Assembly: GCA_963677035.1 (NCBI GenBank)
Contig: OY781472.1
Coordinates: forward strand, 2,879,658-2,943,657
Length of the DNA: 64,000 bases
Origin: an uncultured Hyphomonas sp.
GTDB taxonomy: Bacteria; Pseudomonadota; Alphaproteobacteria; Caulobacterales; Hyphomonadaceae
Direction: 5' to 3'
Position 1 is the first letter of the stretch, and every line of letters begins with the position of its first letter. Positions 49,837 to 58,519 of the stretch are shown in pieces. The notes below the pieces were generated by a model. That model was not told where the DNA came from. It was given only the letters and a program-made list of their open reading frames with translations, and searched no databases. A program made the position numbers and the translations under genes.

Positions 49837-51111
49837 CTATTCCTCGGGTTTATAATCCATTCGGGCCGCGCGGCCGGTCATGACGGCATCGGCACCGAAT
49901 TTTGCGCGTGCTGCGTCTGAGGCCCGTTCTGCGGCGGCGCGCCGGGCGATCCGTGGGTCGAGCAGGTCAGTTTCGTCCGCGCGATGGCTGGAGAGTTCAG
50001 AAAGTCCGATGCCGATCAGCCTGAATTTCCGGCGGCCGTCGGCTTCTCGGGCCAGGAGCGGCCGGGAGGCTCGAAAGATCGACTGCGCGATCTGAGTGGG
50101 CTCTGACAGGGACACACGCCGGGTAAGCGGTTTGAAATCGGAGGTTTTGAGTTTGAGCGTAATAACGGCGCCAACGACCCCGATCTGTTTGGCGCGATCA
50201 GACGTTTTCACGCAAAGTTTCCAGAGCTGGTCTTCCAATGCCGCGGGATCTGCGATGTCGGTTCGGAAAGTCGTTTCCGTCGAGACGGACTTGCGCTCTT
50301 CGTCTGTGCGGACGGGGCGATTGTCCTGTCCGTGGGAGACGCGTTTCAGCCACATGCCGGTTTCGCCATACCGGCCAATGAGTGCCTTGAGGTCTGCGCG
50401 CTGAATGTCTCCGACCGTCTCGAAGCCGTCCCGCTCCAGTTTCGCGGCGAATTTCGGCCCCACACCGTGAAGGAAGCCAACCGGGCGGGGGGCCAATAGC
50501 GCCTCGGCCTCATCCGGTGATATGACTGCGAACCCTCTCGGTTTGTCCAGTTCACTGGCGGTTTTGGCCAGGAATTTGTTGGAAGAGAGTCCGATCGACA
50601 CGGTGATGTGAAGCTCTGCCTCGATTTCTGCAGCCAGCCGGGCAAGGGACGCCGCTGGCGGAGCCTTGTGAACGGCCTCTGTGCCGGTCAGATCCAGATA
50701 CGCCTCATCGATTGAGACGGGTTGCACCAGCGGTGTCAGCGCTTCCATTTTCTTTCGTACGATGGTGGCGGCTTCTGAATATTTGTGGCGGCTCGGCTTC
50801 ACCACGGCGGCGTCCGGGCAGAGTTTCAGGGCCTGGAACATGGGCATCGCCGACCGGACGCCATAAAGCCGCGCGATATAGCAGCAAGTGAGCACCACGC
50901 CGCGTTCACCGCCACCAACGATGACGGGTTTGTCCTTCAGGTCCGGATTGTCTCTTTTTTCGATTGCCGCGAAAAATGCATCGCAATCGATGTGCGCGAC
51001 TCCAAGTTTGTGGAGTGCAGAATGACAAATAACACGACGGCTACTGCAGCTCGGGCAGGAATCACCGTCTAAGCGGTCAAAATGAAAACAGTCCCGGCAC
51101 AACAGGCTCAT
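49837..51111 (-). CDS. dinB: DNA polymerase IV with N-terminal CxxC-x12-CxxC extension
   Basis: IAHIDCDAFFAAIEKRDNP.L.DKPV.VGG is the Y-family motif. The start at 51111 places the SOS box 8 nt upstream; the track start at 51300 runs through the divK promoter region. Confidence 0.9.
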   Translation of the reverse strand: MSLLCRDCFHFDRLDGDSCPSCSSRRVICHSALHKLGVAHIDCDAFFAAIEKRDNPDLKDKPVIVGGGERGVVLTCCYIARLYGVRSAMPMFQALKLCPDAAVVKPSRHKYSEAATIVRKKMEALTPLVQPVSIDEAYLDLTGTEAVHKAPPAASLARLAAEIEAELHITVSIGLSSNKFLAKTASELDKPRGFAVISPDEAEALLAPRPVGFLHGVGPKFAAKLERDGFETVGDIQRADLKALIGRYGETGMWLKRVSHGQDNRPVRTDEERKSVSTETTFRTDIADPAALEDQLWKLCVKTSDRAKQIGVVGAVITLKLKTSDFKPLTRRVSLSEPTQIAQSIFRASRPLLAREADGRRKFRLIGIGLSELSSHRADETDLLDPRIARRAAAERASDAARAKFGADAVMTGRAARMDYKPEE

Positions 51112-51119
51112 AATCTGGT

Positions 51120-51134
51120 GTTCATGGCATGTTC
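51120..51134. promoter_or_regulatory. Alphaproteobacterial LexA (SOS) box GTTC-N7-GTTC upstream of dinB
   Basis: Exact GTTCATGGCATGTTC, 8 nt from the dinB start codon. It matches the published alpha-type direct-repeat consensus. Confidence 0.6.
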
Positions 51135-51162
51135 CGGATCTGGCGGCAATCTGAAGTAACTC

Positions 51163-51178
51163 GTAAACACCCGTTAAG
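51163..51178. promoter_or_regulatory. CtrA-box-like site GTAA-N7-TTAAG upstream of divK
   Basis: Has one mismatch in the first half-site and one at the trailing base versus TTAA-N7-TTAAC. Lies about 70 nt upstream of the divK ATG. Confidence 0.3.
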
Positions 51179-51244
51179 CTTTTGCCGTATAGCTGGTCCT
51201 GTACGGTAAGGTCCGTCCCGAATCGCTCGTAAACGTGGGGAAAA

Positions 51245-51634
51245 ATGGCAGACGCTAAAACCAGAAAAGTGCTGGTTGTTGAGGACAATGAACTCAACAT
51301 GCGCCTGTTTTGCGACCTGTTGGACGCTTATGGGTACGAAACCTATCAGTGCCGCGATGGCGCGAAAGCGGTTGAGATCGCCCGTCGGGAACAGCCGGAC
51401 CTGATCATCATGGACATACAGCTGCCGGAGGTTTCGGGGCTGGATATCACGCGATGGCTGAAGGATGACGAGAAAGTCGCCCATATCCCGGTGCTTGCCG
51501 TGACGGCTTTTGCCATGCGCGCTGATGAGCAGCGTGTGCGGGAAGCCGGCTGTGAGGGTTACCTTTCCAAGCCGATTCAAATCATGACCTTCATCAAGGC
51601 CGTAGAATCGCTCATGCCGAAGGAAGCAGCATGA
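51245..51634 (+). CDS. divK: Single-domain cell-cycle response regulator DivK
   Basis: [22 protein letters not shown]...R.G......AR...[19 protein letters not shown]...AHIPV.AVTAFAM is near-identical in pattern to Caulobacter DivK as I recall it. Confidence 0.9.
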   Translation: MADAKTRKVLVVEDNELNMRLFCDLLDAYGYETYQCRDGAKAVEIARREQPDLIIMDIQLPEVSGLDITRWLKDDEKVAHIPVLAVTAFAMRADEQRVREAGCEGYLSKPIQIMTFIKAVESLMPKEAA

Positions 51635-52998
51635 GCGCGCGCATCCTGGTCGTCGACGATATCGAAGCGAACCGGCGCCTTCTGCAGGCCAAGCTTGAGG
51701 CACAATACTACACGGTTATCCAGGCCGAGAACGGCCCTCAGGCGCTTGAAGTCGCCCGCAAGGAATTGCCGGATATCATCCTCCTCGATGTGATGATGCC
51801 TGGCATGGACGGCTATGAGGTCTGCCGCCGCCTCAAGGAGGAACCCTCAACAGCCTTCATTCCCGTCGTGATGGTCACCGCCCTCAGCGATACAGAGGAC
51901 CGTGTGCGCGGCCTGGATGCCGGCGCCGAAGACTTCCTGACCAAGCCCGTCGATGATTTTGCTCTGATGTCCCGCGTGGGCGCATTGATGCGCTATAACG
52001 CTGTGGCTTCGGAACTGCGCCAGAGGCAGGCCAATGGGCTTGGTGGAGGACTTGATTTCGAAACCACGAAAGAAGAGTCCGACCAGCCTGCACGCATTTT
52101 TATTGTAGACGACAACCCCAGAGCCTCCGCACGGCTTGCGGCGGTCCTGCGGGAAGCAGGTCATACCGTCGTGACTTTGGCGGAAGCAGGCACAATGGGC
52201 GACCTGTCCCGTCTCGGCGTGGATCTCATGATCCTGTCGCTTCCGAGCAAGTCTTTCGATGCACTCAAACTTTGCGCACATTTCAAGGTGACCGAAGCAA
52301 CCCGCGCGGTATCCATTCTGCTGATCTGTGATCCTGATGATCGCGCGCGCGCCGCCAAGGGGCTTGAGATCGGCGCCAGCGATGTGATCCTCACGCCAGT
52401 GGACAAGCAGGAGCTTCTTGTCCGCGTCCGCACGCAGGCCCGCCGTGCGCGCTATATAGAGATGCTGCGGCGCCGCGTGGATAAAGGACTTGAGCTGTCG
52501 ATGATCGACCAGCTGACCGGCCTCTACAATCGCCGCTACATGATGAGTCAGCTGCGCCAGTTCATGCAGCGGTCCGTCATGGGTGGAAAGCCGGTTTCTG
52601 TCATGATGGCAGACGTCGACCACTTCAAATCCGTCAACGACACCTATGGTCACGATGTCGGAGATGAGGTGCTGCAGGAGATCGCAACCCGCTTGCGCGA
52701 AAACGTGCGGCCAATGGATATTGTCTGTCGTCCGGGCGGAGAGGAATTTCTGGTCATTATGCCGGAAACGCCGGGTGACCTGGCCTGTGCGGCGGCAGAA
52801 CGAATCCGCCGGGCGGTCGCGACAGCGCCGTTCATTATCGGCAAGGCAGGGCTCAAAATTCAGATCACAGTCAGTGTGGGCGTGTCGACGATTACGGGTG
52901 AGCAAGACACGATCGCCGATCTCACCAAACGGGCAGATCAGGCGCTCTACCAGGCCAAGACGACTGGCCGGAACCGGGTCGAGAGCACAGCCGCCTGA
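51631..52998 (+). CDS. pleD: Response regulator diguanylate cyclase PleD (REC-REC-GGDEF)
   Basis: [29 protein letters not shown], a second REC-like domain, a GGEEF active site and the RPMD I-site. ATGA overlap with divK. Confidence 0.9.
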   Translation: MSARILVVDDIEANRRLLQAKLEAQYYTVIQAENGPQALEVARKELPDIILLDVMMPGMDGYEVCRRLKEEPSTAFIPVVMVTALSDTEDRVRGLDAGAEDFLTKPVDDFALMSRVGALMRYNAVASELRQRQANGLGGGLDFETTKEESDQPARIFIVDDNPRASARLAAVLREAGHTVVTLAEAGTMGDLSRLGVDLMILSLPSKSFDALKLCAHFKVTEATRAVSILLICDPDDRARAAKGLEIGASDVILTPVDKQELLVRVRTQARRARYIEMLRRRVDKGLELSMIDQLTGLYNRRYMMSQLRQFMQRSVMGGKPVSVMMADVDHFKSVNDTYGHDVGDEVLQEIATRLRENVRPMDIVCRPGGEEFLVIMPETPGDLACAAAERIRRAVATAPFIIGKAGLKIQITVSVGVSTITGEQDTIADLTKRADQALYQAKTTGRNRVESTAA

Positions 52999-53051
52999 TT
53001 GACTTGGTACCCGGCTGTCGTCACAGAGGCGCTCAGCTCAGGGGATAAGGC

Positions 53052-54272
53052 GTGACCGACAGGTTTTCAGCGTTCCGGCATTCAGCCTACAGCCGCTATT
53101 TCTTCTCGCGATTCTGCACCTCTCTGGGCACCCAGATCGTTTCTGTCGCGGTGGGGTGGCAGATTTACGACCTGACCCAGAACGCTGCATTGCTCGGCTG
53201 GATCGGTCTGGTTCAGTTCCTGCCTGCCTTGATCCTGGTGGTGGTAACCGGAGTAACCGCAGACCGGTTCGGACGCCGGAATGTGATGGGCCTCGCGGTT
53301 TTCATCGAGATGGGGTGCGCCATCGCCATCCTCGGTCTCGCGCTGTCTGGCCATTTTGATCCGATATGGGTGCTCGGGGCGCTGACCGTGTTTGGAGTTG
53401 CACGGGCTTTCTATTCGCCTGCATCGTCCAGCCTGGCGGTCAATCTGGTTCCCAAGGAGGACTTCGCGAATGCGGTGGGTTGGGTCACGGCGTCCTGGCA
53501 ATTGGCGTCGATTCTGGGGCCTGTGCTGGGCGGTCTGATCTATGGGATCGGTGCGCCGATTGCATACGGGACGGCCGTATGTCTGTTCCTGGTTTCGGGC
53601 GCGACCATTCTCACCATACCCAAACCCGCCAAGAAAGGCGCCAGGGAGCCCACCACGCTCAAAACTTTGCTTGGGGGCTTCTCCTATGTCTGGAAAGAGA
53701 AAGTCGTTCTGGGAGCCATCTCGCTCGATCTGTTCGCTGTCCTGCTTGGCGGCGCTGTCGCTCTGCTTCCAGTCTATGCACGGGATATTCTGGAACTCGG
53801 CCCGTCAGGATTAGGCCTCTTGCGGGCGGCGCCGGGTGTCGGCGCTGTCATCATGATCGGGATCATCACAGCTTTTCCAATCAAGGACCATGCAGGCATC
53901 ATCCTGTTCGTCTCCGTGGCGCTTTTCGGCCTCGCAACCATGGTGTTCGGCGCATCTACACTGGCCTGGCTGTCGATCCTCGCGCTGGCGCTGATTGGTG
54001 CCTTTGACATGGTGTCAGTCTACATCCGCGAGATCCTGCTGCAGCTCTGGACGCCAGACGATGTGCGCGGGCGGGTGAATGCAGTGAATTCCGTGTTCCT
54101 CGGCGCCTCGAACGAGCTGGGCGAAGCAAGGGCGGGCTTCATGGCGCACTTCTACGGAGCGGTGTTTACCGTTGTGGCAGGTGGCGCTGCCGCTATCGGC
54201 ATTGCGGCAGCCTGGTCGTTCCTGTTCCCGGCGATCCGCAAAACGCGCTATCTGCATCGTGAAGAGATCTAA
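53052..54272 (+). CDS. MFS transporter
   Basis: 12 predicted TM segments and the D-R-x-G-R-R loop (ADRFGRRN) between TM2 and TM3. GTG start. Confidence 0.8.
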   Translation: MTDRFSAFRHSAYSRYFFSRFCTSLGTQIVSVAVGWQIYDLTQNAALLGWIGLVQFLPALILVVVTGVTADRFGRRNVMGLAVFIEMGCAIAILGLALSGHFDPIWVLGALTVFGVARAFYSPASSSLAVNLVPKEDFANAVGWVTASWQLASILGPVLGGLIYGIGAPIAYGTAVCLFLVSGATILTIPKPAKKGAREPTTLKTLLGGFSYVWKEKVVLGAISLDLFAVLLGGAVALLPVYARDILELGPSGLGLLRAAPGVGAVIMIGIITAFPIKDHAGIILFVSVALFGLATMVFGASTLAWLSILALALIGAFDMVSVYIREILLQLWTPDDVRGRVNAVNSVFLGASNELGEARAGFMAHFYGAVFTVVAGGAAAIGIAAAWSFLFPAIRKTRYLHREEI

Positions 54273-54275
54273 TGA

Positions 54276-54305
54276 AAAAGCCCGCTCGGTGAGGAGCGGG
54301 CTTTT
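54276..54305. terminator. Bidirectional rho-independent terminator between the MFS gene and rpmG
   Basis: AAAAGCCCGCTC-GGTGAG-GAGCGGGCTTTT, with A and T tracts on both sides. Confidence 0.75.
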
Positions 54306-54329
54306 CAAAAGTTCAAACAGATCAAGTGA

Positions 54330-54497
54330 TTACTTGATTTTGCCTTCTTTGAACTCGACGTGCTTCTTGACGATCGGATCGTACTTACGCTGGACCATTT
54401 TTTCGGTCATGTTGCGCGGGTTCTTCTTCGTGACATAGAAGAAGCCTGTGTCAGCCGTCGAGTTGAGGCGGATTTTGATGGTGGCGGGTTTTGCCAT
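54330..54497 (-). CDS. rpmG: 50S ribosomal protein L33
   Basis: Hand translation gives [55 protein letters not shown] (55 aa). It is absent from the ORF track because it is under 60 aa. Confidence 0.95.
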   Translation of the reverse strand: MAKPATIKIRLNSTADTGFFYVTKKNPRNMTEKMVQRKYDPIVKKHVEFKEGKIK

Positions 54498-54540
54498 GGC
54501 GCGGGCTCGCTTGTGCTAGCGTCTGAAATCGGAAAGCGGC

Positions 54541-54569
54541 TTAATGGCGGGGTGCGCGGGCGAAGTCAA
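54541..54569 (-). promoter_or_regulatory. Candidate sigma70-type promoter for rpmG
   Basis: Minus strand reads TTGACT (54569-54564), N17, CATTAA (54546-54541), about 45 nt upstream of the rpmG ATG. Confidence 0.4.
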
Positions 54570-54584
54570 GCACCCGTTACCGTT

Positions 54585-55385
54585 CTACAGCCGCTCTGTA
54601 CTATTGCCGGACCGGGTCCAGCGCAGGAATGGCGTGCCTTCCTTGTAGTCCTTTGTTTTCAGCCGGGCATCGATCTCGTCCAGCATGAAGCGGGTTACGC
54701 TTGGCAGGTCGAGGTCGTGGGCGTCTTTCAGCGTCACCCATTGCAGGTCTGACAGCTCTGCGCCGTCCACTGGCGGGCGTTCGTCAATCAGGGCCTCTTC
54801 GGCATCGGCCATGAAGAATCGGGCGTCGAAGCGGCGCGGACGGTAGGGGGGCGTGATGGCGCGGCCGATAAAGGTGAACGGAGAGAGGTGAGGTGCGGCA
54901 TCCAGCTCATGGAACCGGTCCCAGCCCTTCGGCGCCGAGGCCGGCATTTCTGCCGGCCGGGCAACCAAAAGCCCTGTTTCTTCAAAGGTTTCCCGGATTG
55001 CCGTGAGCGCAAAAGCCCGCGGTTGGCGCCTTGCGCTGATCCGCAGTTTTGCCTCGACTTCCGGCCGCAGCTCACACCATGAGATGGCGCGGCCATCGTC
55101 CGGATCCACGCGGCCGCCGGGGAAGACGTATTTGTCCGGCATGAAGACATGACCGCCAGAGCGCTTGCCCATCAGAACGCGGGGTTTCTCGGCGTCGCGG
55201 CGGACCAGAATCAGCGTGGCAGCATCCTTCGGACGCGGCGATTTCTGGTCTTTAACGATGACTTCGTCGTCGCTTTCCTTGTCGAAGGCGGACTTGATCA
55301 TGACCATACCGGACTTCGCCGTGTCTTCAGATGACGATGGCGTGCCCGATTCGGTCTTTGCGGCGGATGCGGTGGCGCGGTTCAT
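54585..55385 (-). CDS. NUDIX hydrolase
   Basis: FPGGRVDPDD followed by REtFEEtGL, the second half of the Nudix box. ATGA overlap with the rnr stop. Confidence 0.8.
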   Translation of the reverse strand: MNRATASAAKTESGTPSSSEDTAKSGMVMIKSAFDKESDDEVIVKDQKSPRPKDAATLILVRRDAEKPRVLMGKRSGGHVFMPDKYVFPGGRVDPDDGRAISWCELRPEVEAKLRISARRQPRAFALTAIRETFEETGLLVARPAEMPASAPKGWDRFHELDAAPHLSPFTFIGRAITPPYRPRRFDARFFMADAEEALIDERPPVDGAELSDLQWVTLKDAHDLDLPSVTRFMLDEIDARLKTKDYKEGTPFLRWTRSGNSTERL

Positions 55386-57661
55386 TTCCGGCTCTTCCTT
55401 TTATGCTTGGGCAGCGTCTTCTTGTTGAATTTGGGCTTGCCGCGGCGGGGAGGTCCACCCCTGCCGCGAGGGGAACGGCCGCCGGCGTCTGCCGCCTTGC
55501 GCGCCTCTGCGCGGCCCTTGGGGGCCGGCTGGGGCTCTGACAGCATCTCCAGCAGGAGACCGCCCTGCAGCGGTGTGACTTCCTTCAGGCGCACCCGCAC
55601 GGTCTGCCCCATGGAATAGGTTTTGCCGCTGCCGCGCGCATAGATTTCCATCGCTGCCTGGTCGAGCACCCAATAGTCGTCGGAAATGGACGAGATCGGC
55701 ACGAAGCCGTCCGCGCCGGACCCGGCCAGCGCCACAAACAGGCCAGAGCCGGTGACGCCCATGATGCGGCCTTCGAACTCCGCGCCGACCCGATCTGCCA
55801 GGAAAATGGCGAGATAGCGGTCTGTTGCTTCGCGCTCGGCAGCCATGGACCGGCGTTCGGTCGTTGAGATGTGCTCGGCGATTTCTTCAAGCCGCACAGC
55901 ATTCTGATCGCTCAGCCCGTCCGGTCCGAGCTTCAGCGCGCGGATCAGGGCGCGGTGGACGATCAGGTCTGCATAACGGCGGATCGGTGAGGTAAAGTGC
56001 GCATACCTCGCCAGGTTCAGGCCGAAATGGCCAAGGTTCTCCTCGGAATAGACCGCCTGCGCCTGAGAGCGCAGCACCATCTGGGTGACCATCTCGTTAT
56101 AGACCCCGCCGCGAATGTCTTCGAGCAGCTTGTTGAAGCGCTGCGTCTGCGGTCGCTCACCGATATGCCACTTGATGTCGATGGTTTGCAGGAACTCCGC
56201 AAAGGCGGCGATCTTGGCATCGCTCGGCACGTCGTGGACGCGGTAGACCAGCGGGCTGTTCGCTTTCTCCAGCGACTCGGCGGCGGCCACGTTCGCCTGG
56301 ATCATGAACTCCTCGATCAGGCGGTGGGCGTCCAGCCGCTCCTTGGCGACGATGCCCTGAACCTCGCCCTCCTCGTCAAACACGATCCGGCGTTCCGGCA
56401 GGTCGAGGTCCAGCGGGCTGCGCTTGTCCCGCGCCTTCGTCAGGGCCGCATAGGCGCCCCAGAGCGGTTTCAGGACGCTGTCCAGCAATTCCTCCGCCTT
56501 GCCACCCGGCTTGCCATCGATGGCGGCCTGAGCCTCCTCATAGGAAAGCTTGGCGGCAGACTTCATCATGCCACGGATAAAGCGATGGGAGCGCTTGGTG
56601 CCGGATTTGTCGAACACCATCTCCACGGCCATACACCGGCGCAGTTCGCCCTCACGCAGGGAGCATTCGTCCGCCGACAGTTCGAACGGCAGCATAGGCA
56701 CAACGCGGTCGGGGAAATAGGTGGAGTTACCCCGCTTCAGGGCTTCCTTGTCGAGCGGCGAGCCTTCGGTGACATAAGCCGCGACATCGGCAATCGCGAC
56801 GATCACGCGCCAGCCATCGTCCAGCTGTTCGGCCCACACGGCGTCGTCATGGTCGCGGGCATCGTGGGGGTCGATGGTGATCAGCTGAACCGCTGTCAGG
56901 TCTTCGCGCTCTGCCGCAGCCGGTTTCGGATCGCGTGCCTGTTCGAGGGCCTCTTCCGGGAATTCCGTCGGAATGTCGTGTGCGTGAAGGGCCAGCAGGC
57001 TGGCCGAGCGCGGATCGGTTATGTGGCCGATGACCTCGGTGACGATTCCGAAGGCCGGGCCGTATTGCCGGCGCCCGACGGGCTTCGGTTCCGCGATGAC
57101 GAGATCGCCTTCCTCGGCGCCGTTCCGGTCAGCTTCCTGAATGACGAATTCGCGCTTTTCCTTGCGGGACGAAGGCACAACTTTTCCGCCGCGCTGGGTC
57201 TGGCTGTAGAGGCCAACCAGCTTGTCGGACAGGCGTTTCTCGAAAACGGTGATGGCACGGGCCAGCCATTCGCCATCGCGCTCTGAGATCTTGCAGAGGG
57301 CGCGGTCGCCCACGGCGGGGGCCTTGGCCTTCGGCTTGCCGGAGGGGCCCGCATAGCGGATTTCCGGCCCGAACAGGCCATTGTCGCCAACGGATTTGCC
57401 GATCAGCTCGCCATCGCCATCGAGATGCGTGAATTCAACAACGCCCGTGGGTGGCGGCCGGTCTGCCTGCGCCCAGGCGCGTTTGCCGGTGCGCTCCAGC
57501 GTGCCGTCGCCCTCCATTTCCTTCAGGATTTCACGCAAAATCGTGCGTTCCTTGCCCTTCAGCTTAAGGCCGCGGGCGATTTCCTGCTTGGTGGTGGCGC
57601 TTGGGTTCTCGCGAAGAAAGTCCAGAACAGTCTGGCGGTCAGGGAATGTCATAAGGGCCAT
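55382..57661 (-). CDS. rnr: Ribonuclease R
   Basis: RNB catalytic domain (DP.DA.D.DDAV), cold-shock/S1 domains and a basic Lys/Arg C-terminal tail. Confidence 0.95.
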   Translation of the reverse strand: MALMTFPDRQTVLDFLRENPSATTKQEIARGLKLKGKERTILREILKEMEGDGTLERTGKRAWAQADRPPPTGVVEFTHLDGDGELIGKSVGDNGLFGPEIRYAGPSGKPKAKAPAVGDRALCKISERDGEWLARAITVFEKRLSDKLVGLYSQTQRGGKVVPSSRKEKREFVIQEADRNGAEEGDLVIAEPKPVGRRQYGPAFGIVTEVIGHITDPRSASLLALHAHDIPTEFPEEALEQARDPKPAAAEREDLTAVQLITIDPHDARDHDDAVWAEQLDDGWRVIVAIADVAAYVTEGSPLDKEALKRGNSTYFPDRVVPMLPFELSADECSLREGELRRCMAVEMVFDKSGTKRSHRFIRGMMKSAAKLSYEEAQAAIDGKPGGKAEELLDSVLKPLWGAYAALTKARDKRSPLDLDLPERRIVFDEEGEVQGIVAKERLDAHRLIEEFMIQANVAAAESLEKANSPLVYRVHDVPSDAKIAAFAEFLQTIDIKWHIGERPQTQRFNKLLEDIRGGVYNEMVTQMVLRSQAQAVYSEENLGHFGLNLARYAHFTSPIRRYADLIVHRALIRALKLGPDGLSDQNAVRLEEIAEHISTTERRSMAAEREATDRYLAIFLADRVGAEFEGRIMGVTGSGLFVALAGSGADGFVPISSISDDYWVLDQAAMEIYARGSGKTYSMGQTVRVRLKEVTPLQGGLLLEMLSEPQPAPKGRAEARKAADAGGRSPRGRGGPPRRGKPKFNKKTLPKHKRKSRK

Positions 57662-57710
57662 ATAGGCCGAATCGGCGGGAAATGCGCGGAGGATTTGCGG
57701 TATCGGCTTC

Positions 57711-58460
57711 CTAGTCCTCAGCGGCAGGCAGGGCCATCACATCCACCGGCGTCAGCGCGAATGAGCCGAGGCGGGGCTTCCAGGTGCCGGTCAGCACTTC
57801 GTAGTGCAGGTGGCGCGGGATGGTATTGCCTGCCGTATTCCCCATGATGCCGAGCAAGTCACCGGGGCTGACCAGGTCACCGATATCCGGCCTGGCGAAG
57901 GACTCAAGATGGGCATACCGCGTGTAAACCCCATCCCCATGATCGATGACGATCATGTTTCCATAGTCGCTGCGATAGCTTCGTGATCGCACACGGCCCG
58001 CTGCAGCGGCAAATACAGGAACCGGGCTGTCGCTGTAGTAGTCGACACCCTTGTGCAGCCGGCCGTTGCGCAATCCAAAGGCAGACGAAAAACACCCGCC
58101 GCCCACCGGCGCACTCGCAAGGCGGACCGTGCCGGCCGCCAGCACAAAGGGCTTGAAGTCCATGACCTTAAGATCTGGTCCGACATCTGCCGCATGTGAC
58201 GTGGACAGCCCGGGGCAGGCGGAGAGGTGGTCGAGGTATCCGGTATTCGAGGGAGCGATGGTCAGGATCGTTGGTGCCGGTTTGACCTCATTATCCTCAG
58301 GGGCATTGTCCGCGAGGGGCACTGCCGTGTTCGAGGCCAGAACTGCGCTATCCTGCGGTGCCTGGGACATCACAAGAGCTGCCAGCGTCACTGCGCCGAG
58401 AAAAAAGAATTTCTCTGTACCGGACATGCCGCGCGTCCGTGTTTTGATGACGCGAACCAT
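57711..58460 (-). CDS. M23 family metallopeptidase (secreted)
   Basis: H.G.D and RHLHYEV LytM-type zinc motifs plus a signal-like N-terminus. Start is uncertain (TTG 58496, ATG 58460 or ATG 58427). Confidence 0.8.
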   Translation of the reverse strand: MVRVIKTRTRGMSGTEKFFFLGAVTLAALVMSQAPQDSAVLASNTAVPLADNAPEDNEVKPAPTILTIAPSNTGYLDHLSACPGLSTSHAADVGPDLKVMDFKPFVLAAGTVRLASAPVGGGCFSSAFGLRNGRLHKGVDYYSDSPVPVFAAAAGRVRSRSYRSDYGNMIVIDHGDGVYTRYAHLESFARPDIGDLVSPGDLLGIMGNTAGNTIPRHLHYEVLTGTWKPRLGSFALTPVDVMALPAAED

Positions 58461-58519
58461 TAAGCATCCGAAACGAAGGGGCCGCAAGATGCGCAAGCAC
58501 GAAGCTTATGTGAGGTCTG

